From Auanema rhodensis (taxonomy: Eukaryota; Animalia; Nematoda), in NCBI GenBank assembly GCA_964057225.1, contig OZ059900.1, positions 25,668,001 through 25,732,000 of the forward strand: a DNA stretch of 64,000 bases, given 5' to 3'. The notes under the pieces were generated by a model. It saw only the letters and a program-made list of their open reading frames with translations, searched no databases and was not told the DNA's origin. Shown here in pieces: positions 12,950 through 27,700 of this stretch (position 1 is its first letter; the number at the start of each line of letters is the position of its first letter). A program made the translations under genes and the position numbers.

Positions 12950-15900
12950 CTCATTGGAAATACTGTGTTTTTGTATTTTTTTAGTGTTCAGCATGTAAAA
13001 TGCGTCATGTTAGTATGTAAAACGCTGAAATTCGTTGCATTTGACGACTCATATGAACAAAAATCGATTTTATCAATATTAGCCATAAGGGGCGTGCCCT
13101 CAGAATATGCTAATTTCCTTAATTTTCTAACCCCTGTTTTTTTGTCGTGAAAGTGGAACTAGACGTTGTACGAACAATTTTGAGCTAGGTTTCATTGACA
13201 TTGCATGAGTTTGAACACATGCAATCGTAAGTCAAAACCTTGTTTACAGCGAAATTTCCAAAAACTGGTTTTCCAGCATAATAAAATATTTCTCATGGGA
13301 AATACTGTGTTTTTGTATTTTTCTAGTGTTCAGCATGTGAAATGCTTCATTTTAGTATGTAACACGCTGAAATTTGTTGCATTTGACGACTCATATGAAC
13401 AAAAATCGATTTAATCAATATTAGCCATAAGGGGCGTGCCCTCAGAATATGCTAATTTCCTTAATTTTCTAACCCCTGTTTTTTTGTCGTGAAAGTGGAA
13501 CTAGACGTTGTACGAACAATTTTGAGCTAGGTTTCATTGACATTGCATGAGTTTGAACAAATGAAATCGTAAGTCAAAACCTTGTTTACATCGAAATTTC
13601 CAAAAACTGGTTTTCCAGCATAATAAAATATTTCTCATTGGAAATACTGTGTTTTTGTATTTTTTTAGTGTTCAGCATGTAAAACGCGTCATGTTAGTAT
13701 GTAAAACGCTGAAATTCGTTGCATTTGACGACTCATATGAACAAAAATCGATTTTATCAATATTAGCCATAAGGGGCGTGCCCTCAGAATATGCTAATTT
13801 CCTTAATTTTCTAACCCCTGTTTTTTTGTTGTGAAAGTGGAACTAGACGTTGTACGAACAAATTTGAGCTAGGTTTCATTGACATTGCATGAGTTTGAAC
13901 ACATGCAATCGTAAGTCAAAACCTTGTTTACAGCGAAATTTCCAAAAACTGGTTTTCCAGCATAATAAAATATTTCTCATGGGAAAAACTGTGTTTTTGT
14001 ATTTTTCTAGTGTTCAGCATGTAAAATGCTTTATTTTAATATGTAACACGCTGAAATTCGTTGCATTTGACGACTCATATGAACAAAAATCGATTTAATC
14101 AATATTAGCCATAAGGGGCGTGCCCTCAGAATATGCTAATTTCCTTAATTTTCTAACCCCTGTTTTTTTGTCGTGAAAGTGGAACTAGACGTTGTACAAA
14201 CAATTTTGAGCTAGGTTTCATTGACATTGCATGAGTTTGAACACATGAAATCGTAAGTCAAAACCTTGTTTACAGCGAAATTTCCAAAAACTGGTTTTCC
14301 AGCATAATAAAATATTTCTCATGGGAAATACTGTGTTTTTATATTTTTCTAGTGTTCAGCATGTAAAATGCTTCATTTTAGTATGTAACACGCTGAAATT
14401 CGTTGCATGTGACGACTCATATGAACAAAAATTGATTTAATCAATATTAGCCATAAGGGGCGTGCCCTCAGAATATGCTAATTTCCTTAATTTTCTAACC
14501 CCTGTTTTTTTGTCGTGAAAGTGGAACTAGACGTTGTACGAACAATTTTGAGCTAGGTTTCATTGACATTGCATGAGTTTGAACACATGCAATCGTAAGT
14601 CAAAACCTTGTTTACAGCGAAATTTCCAAAAACTGGTTTTCCAGCATAATAAAATATTTCTCATGGGAAAAACTGTGTTTTTGTATTTATCTAGTGTTCA
14701 GCATGTAAAATGCTTTATTTTAATATGTAACACGCTGAAATTCGTTGCATTTGACGACTCATATGAACAAAAATCGATTTAATCAATATTAGCCATAAGG
14801 GGCGTGCTCTCAGAATATGCTAATTTCCTTAATTTTCTAACCCCTGTTTTTTTGTCGTGAAAGTGGAACTAGACGTTGTACGAACAATTTTGAGCTAAGT
14901 TTCATTGACATTGCATGAGTTTGAACACATGAAATCGTAAGTCAAAACCTTGTTTACAGCGAAATTTCCAAAAACTGGTTTTCCAGCATAATAAAATATT
15001 TCTCATGAGAAATACTGTGTTTTTGTATTTTTTTAATGTTCAGCATGTAAAATGCTTCATTTTGATATGTAAAACGCTGAAATTCGTTGCATTTGACGAC
15101 TCATATGAACAAAAATCGATTTTATCAATATTAGCCATAAGGGGCGTGCCCTCAGAATATGCTAATTTCCTTAATTTTCTAACCCCTGTTTTTTTGTCGT
15201 GAAAGTGGAACTAGACGTTGTACGAACAATTTTGAGCTAGGTTTCATTGACATTGCATGAGTTTGAACATATGAAATCGTAAGTCAAAACCTTGTTTACA
15301 GCGAAATTTCCAAAAACTGGTTTTCCAGCATAATACAATATTTCTCATGGGAAATACTGTGTTTTTATATTTTTCTAGTGTTCAGCATGTAAAATGCTTC
15401 ATTTTAGTATGTAACACGCTGAAATTCGTTGCATTTGACGACTCATATGAACAAAAATCGATTTTATCAATATTAGCCATAAGGGGCGTGCCCTCAGAAT
15501 ATGCTAATTTCCTTAATTTTCTAACCCCTGTTTTTTTGTCGTGAAAGTGGAACTAGACGTTGTACGAACAGTTTTGAGCTAGGTTTCATTGACATTGCAT
15601 GAGTTTGAACACATGAAATCGTAAGTCAAAACCTTGTTTACAGCGAAATTTCCAAAAACTGGTTTTCCAGCATAATAAAATATTTCTCATGGGAAATACT
15701 GTGTTTTTGTATTTTTTTAGTGTTTAGCATGTAAAATGCTTCATTTTAGTATGTAACACGCTGAAATTCGTTGCATTTGACGACTCATATGAACAAAAAT
15801 CGATTTAATCAATATTAGCCATAAGGGGCGTGCCCTCAGAATATGCTAATTTCCTTAATTTTCTAACCCCTGTTTTTTTGTCGTGAAAGTGGAACTAGAC

Positions 15901-18900
15901 GTTGTACGAACAATTTTGAGCTAGGTTTCATTGACATTGCATGAGTTTGAACACATGAAATCGTAAGTCAAAACCTTGTTTACAGCGAAATTTCCAAAAA
16001 CTGGTTTTCCAGCATAATAAAATATTTCTCATGGGAAATACTGTGTTTTTGTATTTTTTTAGTGTTCAGCATGTAAAATGCGTCATTTTAGTATGTAAAA
16101 CGCTGAAATTCGTTGCATTTGACGACTCATATGAACAAAAATCGATTTTATCAATATTAGCCATAAGGGGCGTGCCCTCAGAATATGCTAATTTCCTTAA
16201 TTTTCTAACCCCTGTTTTTTGTCGTGAAAGTGGAACTAGACGTTGTACGAACAATTTTGAGCTAGGTTTCATTGACATTGCATGAGTTTGAACACATGAA
16301 ATCGTAAGTCAAAACCTTGTCTACAGCAAAATTTCCAAAAACTGGTTTTCCAGCATAATAAAATATTTCTCATGGGAAATACAGTGTTTTTGTATTTTTT
16401 TAGTGTTCAGCATGTAAAATGCTTTATTTTAATATGTAACACGCTGAAATTCGTTGCATTTGACGACTCATATGAACAAAAATCGATTTAATCAATATTA
16501 GCCATAAGGGGCGTGCCCTCAGAATATGCTAATTTCCTTAATTTTCTAACCCCTGTTTTTTTGTCGTGAAAGTGGAACTAGACGTTGTACGAACTATTTT
16601 GAGCTAGGTTTCATTGACATTGCATGAGTTTGAACACATGAAATCGTAAGTCAAAACCTTGTTTACATCGAAATTTCCAAAAACTGGTTTTCCAGCATAA
16701 TAAAATATTTCTCATGAGAAATACTGTGTTTTTGTATTTTTTTAATGTTCAGCATGTAAAATGCTTCATTTTGATATGTAAAACGCTGAAATTCGTTGCA
16801 TTTGACGACTCATATGAACAAAAATCGATTTTATCAATATTAGCCATAAGGGGCGTGCCCTCAGAATATGCTAATTTCCTTAATTTTCTAACCCCTGTTT
16901 TTTTGTCGTGAAAGTGGAACTAGACGTTGTACGAACAATTTTGAGCTAGGTTTCATTGACATTGCATGAGTTTGAACACATGAAATCGTAAGTCAAAACC
17001 TTGTTTACAGCGAAATTTCCAAAAACTGGTTTTCCAGCATAATACAATATTTCTCATGGGAAATACTGTGTTTTTATATTTTTCTAGTGTTCAGCATGTA
17101 AAATGCTTCATTTTAGTATGTAACACGCTGAAATTCGTTGCATTTGACGACTCATATGAACAAAAATTGATTTAATCAATATTAGCCATAAGGGGCGTGC
17201 CCTCAGAATATGCTAATTTCCTTAATTTTCTAACCCCTGTTTTTTTGTCGTGAAAGTGGAACTAGACGTTGTACGAACAATTTTGAGCTAGGTTTCATTG
17301 ACATTGCATGAGTTTGAACACATGCAATCGTAAGTCAAAACCTTGTTTACAGCGAAATTTCCAAAAACTGGTTTTCCAGCATAATAAAATATTTCTCATG
17401 GGAAAAACTGTGTTTTTGTATTTTTCTAGTGTTCAGCATGTAAAATGTTTTATTTTAATATGTAACACGCTGAAATTCGTTGCATTTGACGACTCATATG
17501 AACAAAAATCGATTTAATCAATATTAGCCATAAGGGGCGTGCCCTCAGAATATGCTAATTTCCTTAATTTTCTAACCCCTGTTTTTTTGTCGTGAAAGTG
17601 GAACTAGACGTTGTACGAACAATTTTGAGCTAAGTTTCATTGACATTGCATGAGTTTGAACACATGCAATCGTAAGTCAAAACCTTGTTTACATCGAAAT
17701 TTCCAAAAACTGGTTTTCCAGCATAATACAATATTTCTCATGGGAAATACTGTGTTTTTATATTTTTCTAGTGTTCAGCATGTAAAATGCTTCATTTTAG
17801 TATGTAACACGCTGAAATTCGTTGCATTTGACGACTCATATGAACAAAAATTGATTTAATCAATATTAGCCATAAGGGGCGTGCCCTCAGAATATGCTAA
17901 TTTCCTTAATTTTCTAACCCCTGTTTTTTTGTCGTGAAAGTGGAACTAGACGTTGTACGAACAATTTTGAGCTAGGTTTCATTGACATTGCATGAGTTTG
18001 AACACATGCAATCGTAAGTCAAAACCTTGTTTACAGCGAAATTTCCAAAAACTGGTTTTCCAGCATAATAAAATATTTCTCATGGGAAAAACTGTGTTTT
18101 TGTATTTTTCTAGTGTTCAGCATGTAAAATGTTTTATTTTAATATGTAACACGCTGAAATTCGTTGCATTTGACGACTCATATGAACAAAAATCGATTTA
18201 ATCAATATTAGCCATAAGGGGCGTGCCCTCAGAATATGCTAATTTCCTTAATTTTCTAACCCCTGTTTTTTTGTCGTGAAAGTGGAACTAGACGTTGTAC
18301 GAACAATTTTGAGCTAGGTTTCATTGACATTGCATGAGTTTGAACACATGCAATCGTAAGTCAAAACCTTGTTTACAGCGAAATTTCCAAAAACTGGTTT
18401 TCCAGCATAATAAAATATTTCTCATTGGAAATACTGTGTTTTTGTATTTTTTTAGTGTTCAGCATGTAAAATGCGTCATGTTAGTATGTAAAACGCTGAA
18501 ATTCGTTGCATTTGACGACTCATATGAACAAAAATCGATTTTATCAATATTAGCCATAAGGGGCGTGCCCTCAGAATATGCTAATTTCCTTAATTTTCTA
18601 ACCCCTGTTTTTTTGTCGTGAAAGTGGAACTAGACGTTGTACGAACAATTTTGAGCTAGGTTTCATTGACATTGCATGAGTTTGAACACATGCAATCGTA
18701 AGTCAAAACCTTGTTTACAGCGAAATTTCCAAAAACTGGTTTTCCAGCATAATAAAATATTTCTCATGGGAAATACTGTGTTTTTGTATTTTTCTAGTGT
18801 TCAGCATGTGAAATGCTTCATTTTAGTATGTAACACGCTGAAATTTGTTGCATTTGACGACTCATATGAACAAAAATCGATTTAATCAATATTAGCCATA

Positions 18901-21900
18901 AGGGGCGTGCCCTCAGAATATGCTAATTTCCTTAATTTTCTAACCCCTGTTTTTTTGTCGTGAAAGTGGAACTAGACGTTGTACGAACAATTTTGAGCTA
19001 GGTTTCATTGACATTGCATGAGTTTGAACAAATGAAATCGTAAGTCAAAACCTTGTTTACATCGAAATTTCCAAAAACTGGTTTTCCAGCATAATAAAAT
19101 ATTTCTCATTGGAAATACTGTGTTTTTGTATTTTTTTAGTGTTCAGCATGTAAAATGCGTCATGTTAGTATGTAAAACGCTGAAATTCGTTGCATTTGAC
19201 GACTCATATGAACAAAAATCGATTTTATCAATATTAGCCATAAGGGGCGTGCCCTCAGAATATGCTAATTTCCTTAATTTTCTAACCCCTGTTTTTTTGT
19301 TGTGAAAGTGGAACTAGACGTTGTACGAACAAATTTGAGCTAGGTTTCATTGACATTGCATGAGTTTGAACACATGCAATCGTAAGTCAAAACCTTGTTT
19401 ACAGCGAAATTTCCAAAAACTGGTTTTCCAGCATAATAAAATATTTCTCATGGGAAAAACTGTGTTTTTGTATTTTTCTAGTGTTCAGCATGTAAAATGC
19501 TTTATTTTAATATGTAACACGCTGAAATTCGTTGCATTTGACGACTCATATGAACAAAAATCGATTTAATCAATATTAGCCATAAGGGGCGTGCCCTCAG
19601 AATATGCTACTTTCCTTAATTTTCTAACCCCTGTTTTTTTGTCGTGAAAGTGGAACTAGACGTTGTACAAACAATTTTGAGCTAGGTTTCATTGACATTG
19701 CATGAGTTTGAACACATGAAATCGTAAGTCAAAACCTTGTTTACAGCGAAATTTCCAAAAACTGGTTTTCCAGCATAATAAAATATTTCTCATGGGAAAT
19801 ACTGTGTTTTTATATTTTTCTAGTGTTCAGCATGTAAAATGCTTCATTTTAGTATGTAACACGCTGAAATTCGTTGCATGTGACGACTCATATGAACAAA
19901 AATTGATTTAATCAATATTAGCCATAAGGGGCGTGCCCTCAGAATATGCTAATTTCCTTAATTTTCTAACCCCTGTTTTTTTGTCGTGAAAGTGGAACTA
20001 GACGTTGTACGAACAATTTTGAGCTAGGTTTCATTGACATTGCATGAGTTTGAACACATGCAATCGTAAGTCAAAACCTTGTTTACAGCGAAATTTCCAA
20101 AAACTGGTTTTCCAGCATAATAAAATATTTCTCATGGGAAAAACTGTGTTTTTGTATTTATCTAGTGTTCAGCATGTAAAATGCTTTATTTTAATATGTA
20201 ACACGCTGAAATTCGTTGCATTTGACGACTCATATGAACAAAAATCGATTTAATCAATATTAGCCATAAGGGGCGTGCCCTCAGAATATGCTAATTTCCT
20301 TAATTTTCTAACCCCTGTTTTTTTGTCGTGAAAGTGGAACTAGACGTTGTACGAACAATTTTGAGCTAAGTTTCATTGACATTGCATGAGTTTGAACACA
20401 TGAAATCGTAAGTCAAAACCTTGTTTACAGCAAAATTTCCAAAAACTGGTTTTCCAGCATAATAAAATATTTCTCATGGGAAATACAGTGTTTTTGTATT
20501 TTTTTAGTGTTCAGCATGTAAAATGCTTTATTTTAATATGTAACACGCTGAAATTCGTTGCATTTGACGACTCATATGAACAAAAATCGATTTAATCAAT
20601 ATTAGCCATAAGGGGCGTGCCCTCAGAATATGCTAATTTCCTTAATTTTCTAACCCCTGTTTTTTTGTCGTGAAAGTGGAACTAGACGTTGTACGAACAA
20701 TTTTGAGCTAGGTTTCATTGACATTGCATGAGTTTGAACATATGAAATCGTAAGTCAAAACCTTGTTTACAGCGAAATTTCCAAAAACTGGTTTTCCAGC
20801 ATAATACAATATTTCTCATGGGAAATACTGTGTTTTTATATTTTTCTAGTGTTCAGCATGTAAAATGCTTCATTTTAGTATGTAACACGCTGAAATTCGT
20901 TGCATTTGACGACTCATATGAACAAAAATCGATTTTATCAATATTAGCCATAAGGGGCGTGCCCTCAGAATATGCTAATTTCCTTAATTTTCTAACCCCT
21001 GTTTTTTTGTCGTGAAAGTGGAACTAGACGTTGTACGAACAGTTTTGAGCTAGGTTTCATTGACATTGCATGAGTTTGAACACATGAAATCGTAAGTCAA
21101 AACCTTGTTTACAGCGAAATTTCCAAAAACTGGTTTTCCAGCATAATAAAATATTTCTCATGGGAAATACTGTGTTTTTGTATTTTTTTAGTGTTCAGCA
21201 TGTAAAATGCTTCATTTTAGTATGTAACACGCTGAAATTCGTTGCATTTGACGACTCATATGAACAAAAATCGATTTAATCAATATTAGCCATAAGGGGC
21301 GTGCCCTCAGAATATGCTAATTTCCTTAATTTTCTAACCCCTGTTTTTTTGTCGTGAAAGTGGAACTAGACGTTGTACGAACAATTTTGAGCTAGGTTTC
21401 ATTGACATTGCATGAGTTTGAACACATGAAATCGTAAGTCAAAACCTTGTTTACAGCGAAATTTCCAAAAACTGGTTTTCCAGCATAATAAAATATTTCT
21501 CATGGGAAATACTGTGTTTTTGTATTTTTTTAGTGTTCAGCATGTAAAATGCGTCATTTTAGTATGTAAAACGCTGAAATTCGTTGCATTTGACGACTCA
21601 TATGAACAAAAATCGATTTTATCAATATTAGCCATAAGGGGCGTGCCCTCAGAATATGCTAATTTCCTTAATTTTCTAACCCCTGTTTTTTGTCGTGAAA
21701 GTGGAACTAGACGTTGTACGAACAATTTTGAGCTAGGTTTCATTGACATTGCATGAGTTTGAACACATGAAATCGTAAGTCAAAACCTTGTTTACAGCAA
21801 AATTTCCAAAAACTGGTTTTCCAGCATAATAAAATATTTCTCATGGGAAATACAGTGTTTTTGTATTTTTTTAGTGTTCAGCATGTAAAATGCTTTATTT

Positions 21901-23070
21901 TAATATGTAACACGCTGAAATTCGTTGCATTTGACGACTCATATGAACAAAAATCGATTTAATCAATATTAGCCATAAGGGGCGTGCCCTCAGAATATGC
22001 TAATTTCCTTAATTTTCTAACCCCTGTTTTTTTGTCGTGAAAGTGGAACTAGACGTTGTACGAACTATTTTGAGCTAAGTTTCATTGACATTGCATGAGT
22101 TTGAACACATGAAATCGTAAGTCAAAACCTTGTTTACATCGAAATTTCCAAAAACTGGTTTTCCAGCATAATAAAATATTTCTCATGAGAAATACTGTGT
22201 TTTTGTATTTTTTTAATGTTCAGCATGTAAAATGCTTCATTTTGATATGTAAAACGCTGAAATTCGTTGCATTTGACGACTCATATGAACAAAAATCGAT
22301 TTTATCAATATTAGCCATAAGGGGCGTGCCCTCAGAATATGCTAATTTCCTTAATTTTCTAACCCCTGTTTTTTTGTCGTGAAAGTGGAACTAGACGTTG
22401 TACGAACAATTTTGAGCTAGGTTTCATTGACATTGCATGAGTTTGAACACATGAAATCGTAAGTCAAAACCTTGTTTACAGCGAAATTTCCAAAAACTGG
22501 TTTTCCAGCATAATACAATATTTCTCATGGGAAATACTGTGTTTTTATATTTTTCTAGTGTTCAGCATGTAAAATGCTTCATTTTAGTATGTAACACGCT
22601 GAAATTCGTTGCATTTGACGACTCATATGAACAAAAATTGATTTAATCAATATATAGAGCCATAAGGGGCGTGCCCTCAGAATATGCTAATTTCCTTAAT
22701 TTTCTAACCCCTGTTTTTTTGTCGTGAAAGTGGAACTAGACGTTGTACGAACAATTTTGAGCTAGGTTTCATTGACATTGCATGAGTTTGAACACATGCA
22801 ATCGTAAGTCAAAACCTTGTTTACAGCGAAATTTCCAAAAACTGGTTTTCCAGCATAATAAAATATTTCTCATGGGAAAAACTGTGTTTTTGTATTTTTC
22901 TAGTGTTCAGCATGTAAAATGTTTTATTTTAATATGTAACACGCTGAAATTCGTTGCATTTGACGACTCATATGAACAAAAATCGATTTAATCAATATTA
23001 GCCATAAGGGGCGTGCCCTCAGAATATGCTAATTTCCTTAATTTTCTAACCCCTGTTTTTTTGTCGTGAA
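12950..23070. repeat. 16-mer duplication (5471-bp offset), ~14 monomers shared
   Basis: Rare markers recur at +5471: aacaaatttg, ttgcatgtgac, tatttatct (ORFs 14573, 20044), aacatatg (15270, 20741), the T7>T6 deletion (monomers 16031, 21502) and gaactattt. Confidence 0.9.
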
Positions 23071-24789
23071 AGTGGAACTAGACGTTGTACGAACAGTTTT
23101 GAGCTAGGTTTCATTGACATTGCATGAGTTTGAACACATGAAATCGTAAGTCAAAACCTTGTTTACAGCGAAATTTCCAAAAACTGGTTTTCCAGCATAA
23201 TAAAATATTTCTCATGGGAAATACTGTGTTTTTGTATTTTTCTAGTGTTCAGCATGTAAAATGCTTTATTTTAATATGTAACACGCTGGAATTCGTTGCA
23301 TTTGACGACTCATATGAACAAAAATCGATTTAATCAATATTAGCCATAAGGGGCGTGCCCTCAGAATATGCTAATTTCCTTAATTTTCTAACCCCTGTTT
23401 TTTTGTCGTGAAAGTGGAACTAGACGTTGTACGAACAATTTTGAGCTAAGTTTCATTGACATTGCATGAGTTTGAACACATGAAATCGTAAGTCAAAACC
23501 TTGTTTACATCGAAATTTCCAAAAACTGGTTTTCCAGCATAATAAAATATTTCTCATGAGAAATACTGTGTTTTTGTATTTTTTTAATGTTCAGCATGTA
23601 GAATGCTTCATTTTGATATGTAAAACGCTGAAATTCGTTGCATTTGACGACTCATATGAACAAAAATCGATTTTATCAATATTAGCCATAAGGGGCGTGC
23701 CCTCAGAATATGCTAATTTCCTTAATTTTCTAACCCCTGTTTTTTTGTCGTGAAAGTGGAACTAGACGTTGTACGAACAATTTTGAGCTAGGTTTCATTG
23801 ACATTGCATGAGTTTGAACAAATGAAATCGTAAGTCAAAACCTTGTTTACATCGAAATTTCCAAAAACTGGTTTTCCAGCATAATAAAATATTTCTCATT
23901 GGAAATACTGTGTTTTTGTATTTTTTTAGTGTTCAGCATGTAAAATGCGTCATGTTAGTATGTAAAACGCTGAAATTCGTTGCATTTGACGACTCATATG
24001 AACAAAAATCGATTTTATCAATATTAGCCATAAGGGGCGTGCCCTCAGAATATGCTAATTTCCTTAATTTTCTAACCCCTGTTTTTTTGTTGTGAAAGTG
24101 GAACTAGACGTTGTACGAACAATTTTGAGCTAGGTTTCATTGACATTGCATGAGTTTGAACACATGCAATCGTAAGTCAAAACCTTGTTTACAGCGAAAT
24201 TTCCAAAAACTGGTTTTCCAGCATAATAAAATATTTCTCATGGGAAAAACTGTGTTTTTGTATTTTTCTAGTGTTCAGCATGTAAAATGCTTCATTTTAG
24301 TATGTAACACGCTGAAATTCCTTGCATTTGACGACTCATATGAACAAAAATCGATTTAATCAATATTAGCCATAAGGGGCGTGCCCTCAGAATATGCTAA
24401 TTTCCTTAATTTTCTAACCCCTGTTTTTTTGTTGTGAAAGTGGAACTAGACGTTGTACGAACAATTTTGAGCTAGGTTTCATTGACATTGCATGAGTTTG
24501 AACACATGCAATCGTAAGTCAAAACCTTGTTTACAGCGAAATTTCCAAAAACTGGTTTTCCAGCATAATAAAATATTTCTCATGGGAAATACTGTGTTTT
24601 TATATTTTTCTAGTGTTCAGCATGTAAAATGCTTCATTTTAGTATGTAACACGCTGAAATTCGTTGCATTTGACGACTCATATGAACAAAAATCGATTTT
24701 ATCAATATTAGCCATAAGGGGCGTGCCCTCAGAATATGCTAATTTCCTTAATTTTCTAACCCCTGTTTTTTTGTCGTGAAAGTGGAACT

Positions 24790-27700
24790 AGACGTTGTAC
24801 GAACAATTTTGAGCTAGGTTTCATTGACATTGCATGAGTTTGAACACATGAAATCGTAAGTCAAAACCTTGTTTACAGCGAAATTTCCAAAAACTGGTTT
24901 TCCAGCATAATACAATATTTCTCATGGGAAATACTGTGTTTTTATATTTTTCTAGTGTTCAGCATGTAAAATGCTTCATTTTAGTATGTAACACGCTGAA
25001 ATTCGTTGCATTTGACGACTCATATGAACAAAAATTGATTTAATCAATATTAGCCATAAGGGGCGTGCCCTCAGAATATGCTAATTTCCTTAATTTTCTA
25101 ACCCCTGTTTTTTTGTCGTGAAAGTGGAACTAGACGTTGTACGAACAATTTTGAGCTAGGTTTCATTGACATTGCATGAGTTTGAACACATGCAATCGTA
25201 AGTCAAAACCTTGTTTACAGCGAAATTTCCAAAAACTGGTTTTCCAGCATAATAAAATATTTCTCATGGGAAAAACTGTGTTTTTGTATTTTTCTAGTGT
25301 TCAGCATGTAAAATGCTTTATTTTAATATGTAACACGCTGAAATTCGTTGCATTTGACGACTCATATGAACAAAAATCGATTTAATCAATATTAGCCATA
25401 AGGGGCGTGCCCTCAGAATATGCTAATTTCCTTAATTTTCTAACCCCTGTTTTTTTGTCGTGAAAGTGGAACTAGACGTTGTACGAACAGTTTTGAGCTA
25501 GGTTTCATTGACATTGCATGAGTTTGAACAAATGAAATCGTAAGTCAAAACCTTGTTTACATCGAAATTTCCAAAAACTGGTTTTCCAGCATAATAAAAT
25601 ATTTCTCATTGGAAATACTGTGTTTTTGTATTTTTTTAGTGTTCAGCATGTAAAATGCGTCATGTTAGTATGTAAAACGCTGAAATTCGTTGCATTTGAC
25701 GACTCATATGAACAAAAATCGATTTTATCAATATTAGCCATAAGGGGCGTGCCCTCAGAATATGCTAATTTCCTTAATTTTCTAACCCCTGTTTTTTTGT
25801 TGTGAAAGTGGAACTAGACGTTGTACGAACAATTTTGAGCTAGGTTTCATTGACATTGCATGAGTTTGAACACATGCAATCGTAAGTCAAAACCTTGTTT
25901 ACAGCGAAATTTCCAAAAACTGGTTTTCCAGCATAATAAAATATTTCTCATGGGAAAAACTGTGTTTTTGTATTTTTCTAGTGTTCAGCATGTAAAATGC
26001 TTTATTTTAATATGTAACACGCTGAAATTCGTTGCATTTGACGACTCATATGAACAAAAATCGATTTAATCAATATTAGCCATAAGGGGCGTGCCCTCAG
26101 AATATGCTAATTTCCTTAATTTTCTAACCCCTGTTTTTTTGTCGTGAAAGTGGAACTAGACGTTGTACAAACAATTTTGAGCTAGGTTTCATTGACATTG
26201 CATGAGTTTGAACACATGAAATCGTAAGTCAAAACCTTGTTTACAGCGAAATTTCCAAAAACTGGTTTTCCAGCATAATAAAATATTTCTCATGGGAAAT
26301 ACTGTGTTTTTGTATTTTTTTAGTGTTCAGCATGTAAAATGCGTCATTTTAGTATGTAAAACGCTGAAATTCGTTGCATTTGACGACTCATATGAACAAA
26401 AATCGATTTTATCAATATTAGCCATAAGGGGCGTGCCCTCAGAATATGCTAATTTCCTTAATTTTCTAACCCCTGTTTTTTTGTCGTGAAAGTGGAACTA
26501 GACGTTGTACGAACAATTTTGAGCTAGGTTTCATTGACATTGCATGAGTTTGAACACATGAAATCGTAAGTCAAAACCTTGTTTACAGCAAAATTTCCAA
26601 AAACTGGTTTTCCAGCATAATAAAATATTTCTCATGGGAAATACAGTGTTTTTGTATTTTTTTAGTGTTCAGCATGTAAAATGCTTTATTTTAATATGTA
26701 ACACGCTGAAATTCGTTGCATTTGACGACTCATATGAACAAAAATCGATTTAATCAATATTAGCTATAAGGGGCGTGCCCTCAGAATATGCTAATTTCCT
26801 TAATTTTCTAACCCCTGTTTTTTTGTCGTGAAAGTGGAACTAGACGTTGTACGAACAATTTTGAGCTAGGTTTCATTGACATTGCATGAGTTTGAACACA
26901 TGAAATCGTAAGTCAAAACCTTGTTTACAGCGAAATTTCCAAAAACTGGTTTTCCAGCATAATACAATATTTCTCATGGGAAATACTGTGTTTTTATATT
27001 TTTCTAGTGTTCAGCATGTAAAATGCTTCATTTTAGTATGTAACACGCTGAAATTCGTTGCATTTGACGACTCATATGAACAAAAATTGATTTAATCAAT
27101 ATTAGCCATAAGGGGCGTGCCCTCAGAATATGCTAATTTCCTTAATTTTCTAACCCCTGTTTTTTTGTCGTGAAAGTGGAACTAGACGTTGTACGAACAA
27201 TTTTGAGCTAGGTTTCATTGACATTGCATGAGTTTGAACACATGCAATCGTAAGTCAAAACCTTGTTTACAGCGAAATTTCCAAAAACTGGTTTTCCAGC
27301 ATAATAAAATATTTCTCATGGGAAAAACTGTGTTTTTGTATTTTTCTAGTGTTCAGCATGTAAAATGCTTTATTTTAATATGTAACACGCTGAAATTCGT
27401 TGCATTTGACGACTCATATGAACAAAAATCGATTTAATCAATATTAGCCATAAGGGGCGTGCCCTCAGAATATGCTAATTTCCTTAATTTTCTAACCCCT
27501 GTTTTTTTGTCGTGAAAGTGGAACTAGACGTTGTACGAACAGTTTTGAGCTAGGTTTCATTGACATTGCATGAGTTTGAACAAATGAAATCGTAAGTCAA
27601 AACCTTGTTTACATCGAAATTTCCAAAAACTGGTTTTCCAGCATAATAAAATATTTCTCATTGGAAATACTGTGTTTTTGTATTTTTTTAGTGTTCAGCA

